Positions 1 through 8,529 of a stretch of 23,314 bases of DNA are shown in pieces (the first letter of the stretch is position 1; every line of letters starts with the position of its first letter). The translations under genes and the position numbers were made by a program. This DNA is from an uncultured archaeon. GTDB lineage: Archaea; Asgardarchaeota; Thorarchaeia; Thorarchaeales; Thorarchaeaceae. The stretch is taken from NCBI GenBank assembly GCA_964590575.1, contig CAZPWM010000045.1, positions 1 through 23,314 on the forward strand, written 5' to 3'. The notes beneath the pieces were generated by a model that did no database searches, was not told the DNA's origin, and saw only the letters and a program-made list of their open reading frames with translations.

Positions 1-1
1 A

Positions 2-136
2 GCCACAGAACTGGCAGAAAAGAGGGGTAGGTCTCGTTCAAGGACAAGTGAAGTCCTGAACAAGCTTGTTGATGAAGGGCATCTCGAGAAGATTCGTGAT
101 GGGCGACAGATAAGAATCAGAACTGCTGAAGAATGA
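2..136 (+). CDS. 3' end of winged helix-turn-helix DNA-binding protein (partial, runs off window start)
   Basis: Not in the ORF track. Frame 2 reads ATELAEKRGRSRSRTSEVLNKLVDEGHLEKIRDGRQIRIRTAEE-TGA(134-136), matching the wHTH pattern 'ELA...G.SRS..S..L..L...G.L...R.GR'. Confidence 0.8.
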   Translation, partial: ATELAEKRGRSRSRTSEVLNKLVDEGHLEKIRDGRQIRIRTAEE

Positions 137-278
137 CTTTCATACAATCTACTTCATATTTGTATAGCAATAGTACGATGAGGGTTGGTTGCGGTCAGTC
201 ACATTGTCTCGCGTAAGTACTCTTAAGTAAGTGTTAGCTGTTTCTGCACTGGACACGACTACAGAAGAGGATGCTCTG

Positions 279-2618
279 TTGAGTAACATTCTACCTAGCT
301 CAAAGAAGAAACCAATTGAAGAGATAGAAGATACAGATGACACTACAATCTACACAAGTCTTCTTTTCGAGCTCAATATCAAGGCCCAAGAATCAGTGAA
401 GGAGTTTGCCCTCCATGACATAGATGATCGCGAAGGTCTTGAGAAAAAACGTATAGATATGCATGACACCTTCACAGAACTATACGACACCATTGCAGCC
501 TTCAACGAACAAATAATGATTGAGGATTTTGATATTGCATATCTGAGAAACAGGATTGCACAGAGTGAGGGAGAAACCAAAGAGCAGCTCGAAACAGCGC
601 TTGAAGAGATTATAACTCAGTCTAAGAAGAATCTCGCAGATGTATGGATGGCAAGGGTCATGGCATGGTTGCATCAGGCGGCTGCTGCAAGTGGACCCTT
701 TGTTGAAGAAGAGCATGCGGACAAGGAGAAGAGTGCTTCCAAACATCTTGCTGCAGTCTACACAATGCTAGAGAAACCGTTCTCTGCAACCCCCCAAAAA
801 ATAGACGGGACTCAGAAGCTCCGTCGAGTGGCCTTGGGTATGCAAGCATATACACTCCTCAAAGAGAGTCTCGATGCTGACGATTCGGAACTTTCTTCAA
901 CTCTCGGAAAGAACAAGAGCGCTGAAGCTGAGTTCTATGACGAATTCTTGAACGAGCTCGTCGGTCAGGAGAGTACGTTCAGACAAGCATTCAACCCGTT
1001 TGACGAACTCATCTGGAGGGACATCATCAGCTCATTCATCTTTGAACAAGCAACTGACCTATATAATGAGGCCATTCCATACTTTGGCAAGGCGCGAGAA
1101 TATAAAGAAAAAGTATCGATGTTGAAGTCTTGGAAGCATAACACAGCTGGACTCAGCGAGGTGTATCTTGCGATGACCTACACGGATATAGCTGATGCCC
1201 AGATGCGAGCAGGCAACTTGGAGGATGCTTCCAAATTGTATCAAGTGGCTTCTGACGCGTTTGGACGTGCAGAGAAGTGTTTCAGAGAGGTAATCGCACT
1301 TCAGACTAATGCCGAGCAGTCACGACTTGACAAAGAACAGAAAAAAGCCCAATCACTGTATTGTAGCGTTGAATCTAGTGTGCAGACTCTGTCACAATTA
1401 ATCAAGGTAAACAATAAGACAGAAGCAAATCAAGTATTGAAAGATATTTTCAAGAATTTAGAGAAAGCAGAGCAACTCGCAAAAACACGCGAGCTAACAG
1501 GTGCAATCAAAGAGGACCTTAAGACTTACACATTCGTTAAAGATCTCCTTGGCAAACGCAAGAAGAATGAAGAAATTAGTAGCATTATTGACCAGATACA
1601 ATTCGCTAAAGACCTCCGAAAAACAGGTCTAATTCAAAGTGTGAGTAAGGAACTCGACGAAGCATATGCTCTGATGGCAAAGAATCCTGCTGAAGCTCTT
1701 GACTCGATCCGTGAGGGTCTAGATAGTTTGGGCATTCTTTTGAGTTTGGAAGCCGAGGACCAAGAGGTGGGAAATCTTCGAAATAGAACTCTGGCACTCC
1801 TCAACAATGTGAAGTATATGATTCAGTTTCAATTGAGTTCACAGCTCGAGCATGGAGTGAAATTCATCATGTCACGCATTCTTGAGAATCTTCATGCTGC
1901 AGAGGCGGCGTCCTACTATAAGGTGATTGGAGAAAAGGAGCCTGCGCAAGAGTTAACGGACTTAGGAAAGCTTGCTCTTGCGACTGCATTTGCCTCAGAA
2001 GCGCAAGTCTACTCACGACAGTCTGAGCAGTGGTCGTTCAGAGCGCAGATTGAGAGAGTGAATGCTTTATCAACTCTAGAGGACGAGCTTTTGCAGCTAG
2101 AGGACGGCGAAACAATCGAAGATGCACTAGCGATTCATGATGGAGCAATTTCAAGAATTAAACAGACGGTTGCCTCATTCGAGTCTGCAGCAAATGAACT
2201 TGATAGTGTCAAAGGGGAGATTATACGTGCCAAAAATAATGTCGAATCTCAGGTTAAACAGCTACAAGGCGTAGTCATGAAATTCAAAGGAGACCTGTCA
2301 CGAATTCAAGGTGCTAGAAGTGATTTCATGGCAGAATACATGTTCAAGACGGGAGAGAAATCTAAAGCTAAGACGCATTATTCAGAAGCGAACGACCAAC
2401 TTCGGGAAGCTGTTGGTAACTATACTGTAGCAGCGCAGGTCTTCCAGCAAGTAGGAGATGCGCAAGCAGCTCAGAACGTGGATGGCAGAGCAAAGACTAC
2501 AGATCTACTGGCGAGGAGTATCTGGGACAACAGACAGCGTCTCGAGAGAGACCAGGATCCTAGCCAGAAAGGTGAAGCTGAACTTATCGCGCTCTACCTT
2601 GGTTCATCGGGACAGTAA
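279..2618 (+). CDS. Large all-alpha TPR/alpha-SNAP-like and coiled-coil protein, function unknown
   Basis: Long ORF (track start 231). TTG at 279 preceded by GAGG (267-270) is the more plausible start. Rich in A/E/L/K/Q with no TM segment. Helical-repeat-like segments include 'IADAQMRAGNLEDASKLYQVASDAFGRAEKCF' and 'MAEYMFKTGEKSKAKTHYSEANDQLREAVGNYTVAAQVFQQVG'. Confidence 0.6.
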   Translation: MSNILPSSKKKPIEEIEDTDDTTIYTSLLFELNIKAQESVKEFALHDIDDREGLEKKRIDMHDTFTELYDTIAAFNEQIMIEDFDIAYLRNRIAQSEGETKEQLETALEEIITQSKKNLADVWMARVMAWLHQAAAASGPFVEEEHADKEKSASKHLAAVYTMLEKPFSATPQKIDGTQKLRRVALGMQAYTLLKESLDADDSELSSTLGKNKSAEAEFYDEFLNELVGQESTFRQAFNPFDELIWRDIISSFIFEQATDLYNEAIPYFGKAREYKEKVSMLKSWKHNTAGLSEVYLAMTYTDIADAQMRAGNLEDASKLYQVASDAFGRAEKCFREVIALQTNAEQSRLDKEQKKAQSLYCSVESSVQTLSQLIKVNNKTEANQVLKDIFKNLEKAEQLAKTRELTGAIKEDLKTYTFVKDLLGKRKKNEEISSIIDQIQFAKDLRKTGLIQSVSKELDEAYALMAKNPAEALDSIREGLDSLGILLSLEAEDQEVGNLRNRTLALLNNVKYMIQFQLSSQLEHGVKFIMSRILENLHAAEAASYYKVIGEKEPAQELTDLGKLALATAFASEAQVYSRQSEQWSFRAQIERVNALSTLEDELLQLEDGETIEDALAIHDGAISRIKQTVASFESAANELDSVKGEIIRAKNNVESQVKQLQGVVMKFKGDLSRIQGARSDFMAEYMFKTGEKSKAKTHYSEANDQLREAVGNYTVAAQVFQQVGDAQAAQNVDGRAKTTDLLARSIWDNRQRLERDQDPSQKGEAELIALYLGSSGQ

Positions 2619-2633
2619 TTTACCATTTGTTTG

Positions 2634-4796
2634 TCAAGATACTGTGATGTTGGACGCCATAGCTTTTTGATTGGTTTGCACTGTATGTAGACGTTTCGCA
2701 CAGAATGGTTGGAACTCAACACCACCAGCATGATAGAACTTACTAAACCACTCCACAAAGTGTAACCTGAGCGTGTGCATGAAACCAAGTAGTCCTTCAA
2801 GGATTCCCACAATCAGAGTACCAATGAAGGCACCTAGAATTGGCATAACAGGAGGACCTGTGTAGTGTTCTGTGATTACCTCATGTGGAATTATCTCAAT
2901 ACCAAACAATGAGAATTCTGGAAAGTAGATGTTAATAATTGGTGGCAGCATAGTGATGAAAACACTACTGAGAATAATGTGTACTGTGTTTAAGGCGAAG
3001 ATACGTGCATAGCTCACAGTGTGGCTGATCATTCCAATGACACTCTCTAGGAGGTGTACAAAACCATCCATCCCTCCTATGAATGAAGCGATCATCATGA
3101 CAACAAGTGGAATAATGAACATCATGAGTGTGAACACCAATGGGGCAATTGGTAAAACCGGATAGAACGGATTGTGTGTCCCTGTGCCCGCTCCGATACC
3201 AATAATGGGGAGCCATAGAGAAACAGTTCCAGATGGTAGGAACCAGTTACCAATACTATTGTAGCTAACACCAAAGATGAGATTGATAAAACCAAGATAC
3301 ATCCAGAGGTATGAAGCAGCAATCAATGCTTTCCGCATGTGCTTGTATTTCAGCTCGTTGTAAAGACTCAGTATGATGCCCATTGAGATGTGAATGACGC
3401 CCACCTCAATCGAGAGTTTGAGCATGTGTGTTGCGCGGTTGGGATCTGTATGTGCAAATATGGGCCACAATGGTTCGATGACTGTTTCTGCACCAAAGAA
3501 ACTTCCAAACAGGAAACCTCCCAAAATCGCAAATATGCCCATCATCATCAGACCTTGTGCGCCATTCTGGACATACCCTAGAATTGCACCCCAATCTTGA
3601 CCCTTCTTGTTAGCTCTGAGAGCAGCATATCCGATGAGAAAAATCAAAAAGCCCTGTCCGACATCCGCAAAGACCAGACCAAAGATCAATGGGAATGAGA
3701 ATGCCATGAGTTTAGTGGGATCAAGATCATGTCGGGAGGGAATACCAAAAGCCTTGACAACATCCTCTGTTGGTTTCATGAATTTTGGATTCGAGATGTA
3801 GGTTGGCGCTTCGACCTCAGCAAAATCCGGTTTGTCAAAGGTCACTTCAAGGGCGGGTCCTACGTTTTCGCGAAGAAGTGATTCAATCTCTTCCTCCTTG
3901 CCTTCTGGAATCCAACCCCACATCTTTATTGACTGCTCAGTATAGACAATATAGCTCTTGATTTCAATCCTTTTTCGTTCAATGTCAAGGGTTTCCCAAG
4001 CAGCAAGAATTCTTGTACCCCATTCGAGAGCGATGTGGTCCTTTCTCTTCTCTAGTTGCTCAATTTCCTGTTCAAGCTCAACAATCTGGTTCTGAGCATC
4101 TACTACAATCTGTTCAGGACTTCCAGCTGAATCCTCAGGGATGGTAAAAGCTTCATACTGCATAGCTGAGAGGATTCGCTCAACAGCTTCTTTCAATTCG
4201 ATAGGGACCGTAACGACACATACAGAGCCGCCTCTCTTCAGAGGTAGGATTCCAACAGTGTACGCGCCCTCAGTTACCTCGTTGATGCTCCATTCCAGTT
4301 CAGACTCTCTTCCTGAGGGAACTATTCCAGCAGTGGTGAAAGTGAAATCTGTAGAACCGATTAGACTAGGATCTATTCCTAGAGGTTTCAGTGAAACAGC
4401 AACGTCTGCAATACCTTTTTGACGCTCCATCTCAAGACGAGCTATTGTTGTCTTGGAATCAATGTCAAGAACTTCTGTTTCAACAGCAGAGATAACCTCT
4501 GAAGCCAGAGTAAGCGAATTCTCAAGTGTGGTATCATTGACCTCGGTGTATACTCCAGTTCGTTTTCTCGGATCGATCTCTAGTGACTCAAGTACCTTCG
4601 CCAACCGTTCATGGGCAGAGTATACAGTTTCCTCATCACGAGTCCGCTTAACATCAACAATCCCAGCTTGTCGCCGAACGTCAATGAATTCAAAGAGCGA
4701 AAACTCTTCAAGTGACATCAAAACTTGCCTCTCAAAATCTCTATGAGAAACAACTTTTACTACAATCATATTCTCAGGACTCATCCGAAGACCCAT
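2634..4796 (-). CDS. atpI: A/V-type ATP synthase subunit I (homolog of V-ATPase subunit a)
   Basis: Soluble helical N-terminal half followed by a multi-TM half. Signatures: 'WGWIP', 'DLDPT...FPLIFGLVFADVGQG', 'SHTVSYARIFAL' (essential Arg) and 'HTLRLHFVEWFSKFY..GG..F.PF'. GGAGA SD-like motif upstream. Confidence 0.96.
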   Translation of the reverse strand: MGLRMSPENMIVVKVVSHRDFERQVLMSLEEFSLFEFIDVRRQAGIVDVKRTRDEETVYSAHERLAKVLESLEIDPRKRTGVYTEVNDTTLENSLTLASEVISAVETEVLDIDSKTTIARLEMERQKGIADVAVSLKPLGIDPSLIGSTDFTFTTAGIVPSGRESELEWSINEVTEGAYTVGILPLKRGGSVCVVTVPIELKEAVERILSAMQYEAFTIPEDSAGSPEQIVVDAQNQIVELEQEIEQLEKRKDHIALEWGTRILAAWETLDIERKRIEIKSYIVYTEQSIKMWGWIPEGKEEEIESLLRENVGPALEVTFDKPDFAEVEAPTYISNPKFMKPTEDVVKAFGIPSRHDLDPTKLMAFSFPLIFGLVFADVGQGFLIFLIGYAALRANKKGQDWGAILGYVQNGAQGLMMMGIFAILGGFLFGSFFGAETVIEPLWPIFAHTDPNRATHMLKLSIEVGVIHISMGIILSLYNELKYKHMRKALIAASYLWMYLGFINLIFGVSYNSIGNWFLPSGTVSLWLPIIGIGAGTGTHNPFYPVLPIAPLVFTLMMFIIPLVVMMIASFIGGMDGFVHLLESVIGMISHTVSYARIFALNTVHIILSSVFITMLPPIINIYFPEFSLFGIEIIPHEVITEHYTGPPVMPILGAFIGTLIVGILEGLLGFMHTLRLHFVEWFSKFYHAGGVEFQPFCAKRLHTVQTNQKAMASNITVS

Positions 4797-4971
4797 TATG
4801 TCATCTCCGTGGTTACAAGCTTAGATAGGGTGTACATGATGGTTCCATATACTGAACTATGTAAGTACGAGATGCTTCCCACCCTCCAAATAACCTTTAC
4901 GGGCTGACATCAATCTTTAAAGGGGGGAGTTAATGGTGAGGGACTGTTATCGTGTAATTTGAGGTATAGTC
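4797..4971. promoter_or_regulatory. Divergent promoter region between atpI and atpH-atpE
   Basis: 175-bp gap between head-to-head genes. TATA-like TTTAAA at 4916-4921; GAGGT SD-like motif at 4961-4965 before atpH. Confidence 0.5.
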
Positions 4972-5295
4972 ATGTGTGCAGCACACGATGAAATCGACCA
5001 GATTCATGAGAGTGAGAAAGCAGCCAATATGAGAATCGAAGACGCTCAGAAGAAGGCGCGCAAAATCCATGAAGGTGCAGATGAAGAAGCGAAAATGATT
5101 ATTAAGGCTGCTGAGAGAGAGGCAAAAGATACAGCTACGCGAATGCTTAGTGATATTGAGAGTAGAAAAGTAGAGATTGAATCTTCGGTTTTCAAGGAAA
5201 CAGAGAAGAGAATCAAGAAAATCCAAGACTCAGCACAAAAGAAAAGGGATGATGCATATCAAGCAGTCGTGAAGATTATTCTGGGGGAGGCATGA
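4972..5295 (+). CDS. atpH: A/V-type ATP synthase subunit H (homolog of V-ATPase subunit G, peripheral stalk)
   Basis: 107-aa charged coiled coil ('EIDQIHESEKAANMRIEDAQKKARKI...A.EEAKMII..AEREA') directly upstream of subunit E; size and pattern fit G/H. Confidence 0.82.
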   Translation: MCAAHDEIDQIHESEKAANMRIEDAQKKARKIHEGADEEAKMIIKAAEREAKDTATRMLSDIESRKVEIESSVFKETEKRIKKIQDSAQKKRDDAYQAVVKIILGEA

Positions 5296-5299
5296 TATC

Positions 5300-5929
5300 A
5301 TGACTGGAATGACAAACATTATTGAAATCATCAATTCCAAGACAAGTGTAAAGGAGAAAGAGATTCTCTCAGAAGCGGAATCATATAAAACGCAGAAGCT
5401 CAATGACGCACGTACAAAGGGAAAAGAGGTCGCCACAGCAATCACAAAGAAGGCCGAGATGGCTTCACACGCCGAGGTTTCCAGATACGAAGCAAGTGCC
5501 AAGCTAAAGTCGAAGTATCAACTTCTTGATGCTAAAGAAGTCCTGATTGCAGATGTTCTATCATCAGCTAGGACACATCTTGAAGAGCTGGTCAAGAAGA
5601 AAGCTTACGAGAAGACTCTTGAGAAACTAATCATTGATGCAGCAGCTTCACTCGAGGAGAGAAATCTAGAGATTGCTGCGCCAAAGGGACATACATCCAA
5701 TATTGACCTTAAAGCAATTGAAGCAGCTGTTGCTAAAGCGACTGGCAAAAAGACAACCTTCAGCATCTCGAAGGAAGAGGTACGTGCAACTGGTGGAGTT
5801 ATTGTACGGAATAAGGAATCAACCAGGTGGGTAGATAATACCTTCGAAGCAAGACTTGAGCGATTCGAAAGCGAGATACGGGACACTATCTCATCAATCC
5901 TATTCGTTACTAAAGAAAAGAAAGAGTAG
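5300..5929 (+). CDS. atpE: A/V-type ATP synthase subunit E
   Basis: 209 aa with an N-terminal coiled coil and the C-terminal subunit E motif 'GGVIV......VDNTFEARL'. Confidence 0.93.
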   Translation: MTGMTNIIEIINSKTSVKEKEILSEAESYKTQKLNDARTKGKEVATAITKKAEMASHAEVSRYEASAKLKSKYQLLDAKEVLIADVLSSARTHLEELVKKKAYEKTLEKLIIDAAASLEERNLEIAAPKGHTSNIDLKAIEAAVAKATGKKTTFSISKEEVRATGGVIVRNKESTRWVDNTFEARLERFESEIRDTISSILFVTKEKKE

Positions 5930-5968
5930 AGGGAGGACGACCACCTCTACTTGTTTCTCTATGTTTTT
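5925..5968. terminator. Stem-loop with flanking A/T tracts between convergent atpE and atpK (possible bidirectional terminator)
   Basis: AGTAGAGG (5925-5932) is the reverse complement of CCTCTACT (5944-5951), with an inner GG-ACGA-CC. T-rich tract follows on + (TTGTTTCTCTATGTTTTT); A-rich tract precedes (T-rich on -). Confidence 0.55.
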
Positions 5969-6370
5969 CTAAGGAAGAAGGTTGCCAATTAATCCTACAA
6001 GAAGGAATGCAATTACAAAGCCGTAGATTGCCACAGCCTCAATGAATACTACATAAAGGATACTCTTTCCGAAAGTTTCAGGTTTTTCAGTGATGGCTCC
6101 AAGTGCAGCTGCAGAAGCAGTACCCATTCCAAGACCAGCACCAATTCCAGCTAGGCCCAGGGCAAGACCGGCACCAATTCCAAGACCGAGAATGGCCCAA
6201 CCGTTCCCATCTGCTATTTGCGCAGGTACAAATCCGTTGTCGACTGGTACACCCAATGCTCTTAGAACCGTAGAAGCATCGGCCATGGAAATAGCAAATA
6301 TCGCAAGGGTAAGAAGAACTACACCCATCATCATCATGGCCATGAACTTGATTCGATTGTCGATTTTCAT
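5969..6370 (-). CDS. atpK: A/V-type ATP synthase subunit K (proteolipid c), single hairpin plus N-terminal signal/extra TM segment
   Basis: Gly/Ala-rich inner helix 'GAGLALGLAGIGAGLGMG', loop 'AITEKPE', outer helix 'FIEAVAIYG' with the carrier Glu. Start moved to ATG 6370 because of GGAGG SD at 6385-6381. Confidence 0.95.
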   Translation of the reverse strand: MKIDNRIKFMAMMMMGVVLLTLAIFAISMADASTVLRALGVPVDNGFVPAQIADGNGWAILGLGIGAGLALGLAGIGAGLGMGTASAAALGAITEKPETFGKSILYVVFIEAVAIYGFVIAFLLVGLIGNLLP

Positions 6371-6390
6371 GTGATCGTTTCCTCCATTTC

Positions 6391-7455
6391 TCACCAGATT
6401 GTTATCATCTTTCTAATGTTTTCGGCAGACTGTCCTCGTTCAACCCCAACTGCAATAGAGCGGATGTTTCGCATTTCATACGCCTTAAGGCTGAAAAATC
6501 CAATGATTGTTCCCAAGTGAAAAGGATATGCTGTCAATAACTGTTTCACTCTCTGAGCTAAATAGTCTTCAATTGCCAGCTCAACATCTGAGAGATCATC
6601 GGTTTCTTCATAGAGCCTAGCAATTCTCCCGCCAAACTGACCAAAACGGGTAGATTCCATCTTCGTGATCACATCACGCCATGTGTTTACCGACTTGAGA
6701 GAGTCAGTGAACTCACGGGCTTTGGCAAATCTGATCAACGACTGTTCTAGAACACGCGATTTCCACTGAAGAGTGACTGCTCGAAGTGCAGTCAGAACAT
6801 TCCGGAGAATAACCCGTGACTCCAAGATATCTAGAACCCGTCGTGCTTCTTCGGTTGAAAACTTTTTGAGTGCTTCTAGAACCTTCTTGAGGTACCATTC
6901 CTCGATAGCTACTTCAAGAGGAGCTGGAGAATTGAACTCTTCATAGCTCGGTAGTTTGGTCAAGAGTGCCACTCTGAGGTCCCAATGGGGGAGGAGGTCT
7001 ATCAGTTTACTAACTGAACCAGCATCAACCAACGTTTCGAACAAAGTAGCCTGGTCAGGATCTTGTGGAACTGCGAAACGTAGAATCTCAGCCCTATCAA
7101 GACCAACGTGAATACCTCGAATAATCGATTTAACACTCTCTGCCATGAACATCTCAAGATAGGTGTTCGTGAACTCACGAACCTTTCCAGTGAGTGAACG
7201 CGACAGATTTGTGCTCACATTGGCAAAGTCCCGGGAGAGAATAAGTGCAAGTTCCTCAGGACCAGGTCTACTGGTTGATGACACTCTGCTGATGACCTGA
7301 CCGTAATATGTCCCAGAGAGAATCTTGATGAAGTCCTCATAGCTGTTACTCTGAAGTAGGCTCTCATAACTGCCAACTGTAAGGAATCGAGATTTCATTC
7401 CTCGAATTCTTGCATTGACAAAGCCATATTCATTTGCAGACTTTGAGGCCATCAT
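6391..7455 (-). CDS. atpC: A/V-type ATP synthase subunit C (homolog of V-ATPase subunit d)
   Basis: N-terminal 'YGFVNARIRGMKSRFL' and C-terminal 'PFHLGTIIGFFSLKAYEMRNIRSIAVG' are subunit C/AC39 signatures. Start moved to ATG 7455 (or 7452). Confidence 0.94.
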   Translation of the reverse strand: MMASKSANEYGFVNARIRGMKSRFLTVGSYESLLQSNSYEDFIKILSGTYYGQVISRVSSTSRPGPEELALILSRDFANVSTNLSRSLTGKVREFTNTYLEMFMAESVKSIIRGIHVGLDRAEILRFAVPQDPDQATLFETLVDAGSVSKLIDLLPHWDLRVALLTKLPSYEEFNSPAPLEVAIEEWYLKKVLEALKKFSTEEARRVLDILESRVILRNVLTALRAVTLQWKSRVLEQSLIRFAKAREFTDSLKSVNTWRDVITKMESTRFGQFGGRIARLYEETDDLSDVELAIEDYLAQRVKQLLTAYPFHLGTIIGFFSLKAYEMRNIRSIAVGVERGQSAENIRKMITIW

Positions 7456-7600
7456 GAATTTTCTACTCTTCACAATCTGGTGAGGACTACGGACAGACAA
7501 TTTATGCACGATATAAGCTTGACGAACGGGTAACATCATAAGAATTGTGAGTAGAAGAATTCAAATAACTAGCAATCCTCATCGGATTCAGTTGGTCAAT

Positions 7601-8167
7601 ATGACGGAACCTCATTAGGATTATATCAATCTTGGAAGCCTGTTCAGAAGCTCAGCAACAATCACTTTCGTTATACAAATCGTTGCAGTCATTGTGATGA
7701 TTGGGTCGTTGTCAGCTTATGCGGTAGGTAATTTGTTCTTTGTATTAAATGACGAATTGAAGATTCTTGTTCTTCTAGTAACCAGTATCATTGCATTGTT
7801 GATCTTTTTAGCTGCAATGAGCGTGTTCATCCGGTTCTCAAGACGGATTGGAGATGCCGTTGTTGGACCGGGCGTCGAAGAGGTGAGGATGGGGACTCCA
7901 AGAGTGAAGTTGGTGGTAGCTGCCTTCGGTCTTCTTGTCGCGTTGATGGGAGTCACTGGAATTTATGTTTGGTATCTCATTGATCTTTATTATCTTGTAC
8001 CATGGGCAGCTTCATTGAGTTCAATCTCAATCAGAATCTTTGGTATTGGTCTTGGGGCATTCTTCATAGCACTGCTCATTCAGATTATTATTGCAGGAGT
8101 CGGGAGGAGCGCTACAAAGGTCATTATTGAGGTTCTGGATGCTGATGACTCTGATTTCATAGAGTGA
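7601..8167 (+). CDS. 4-TM membrane protein of unknown function; frame from ATG 7601 contains an in-frame TAG at 7616-7618 (read-through, pseudogene or base-call error)
   Basis: The track ORF starts at GTG 7694 in the middle of a hydrophobic helix. The same frame upstream reads MTEPH*DYINLGSLFRSSATITFVIQIVAVIVMIGS. Four hydrophobic segments and an acidic tail. Confidence 0.6.
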
Positions 8168-8175
8168 TCGAGAGG

Positions 8176-8529
8176 TCATTCATCAGTGCTTTCATCAGTA
8201 ATATTGGGTTCCAGGTCAAAAGTTACATCTTCAAGAATCTCTTCCAAGGGGGGCATGTATGCAGTTCTACGTTTCGTTTCGATGTCAAGCTTGTCAAAAT
8301 ACTTGATTGTAATAAAGACGCTATACACCCCGAATGCAAACCCGAAGAGAGCTCCGAGAATTGCACCCAATGTAGCACCAGATGTTCCCGCAATAGAACC
8401 ACCTACTATCTGACCGACCAAGAGTAAGGCAATAACAGCACACGGTAGTTCAGAAGAAACCGCAAGCCATTTGCCCATATTGGCCATACCCTCATCTGGA
8501 CTGACTCTTTCGTTATTTGACTCACTCAT
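8176..8529 (-). CDS. Small 2-TM protein resembling the AtpZ/AtpI (ATPase_gene1) family
   Basis: 'SSELPCAVIALLLVGQIVG....G....LGAILGALFGFAFGVYSV' follows the 'E+...+....+G..+.....G.....G.++G...G.Y.+' pattern of AtpZ-type proteins. Located ~0.7 kb from atpC. Acidic C-terminal tail. Confidence 0.5.
   Translation of the reverse strand: MSESNNERVSPDEGMANMGKWLAVSSELPCAVIALLLVGQIVGGSIAGTSGATLGAILGALFGFAFGVYSVFITIKYFDKLDIETKRRTAYMPPLEEILEDVTFDLEPNITDESTDE

Noticed and set aside
6110-6200. Repeated CCAAGACC / GCACCAATTCCA units
   Set aside because: Explained by the Gly/Ala/Leu/Ile repeat of the proteolipid inner helix, not a DNA repeat element.
7456-7539. N-terminal extensions given by the ORF track for atpC (likewise atpK, apgM and the epimerase)
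   Set aside because: Family motifs and SD-like sites point to downstream ATGs; the extensions overlap promoters or neighbouring genes.
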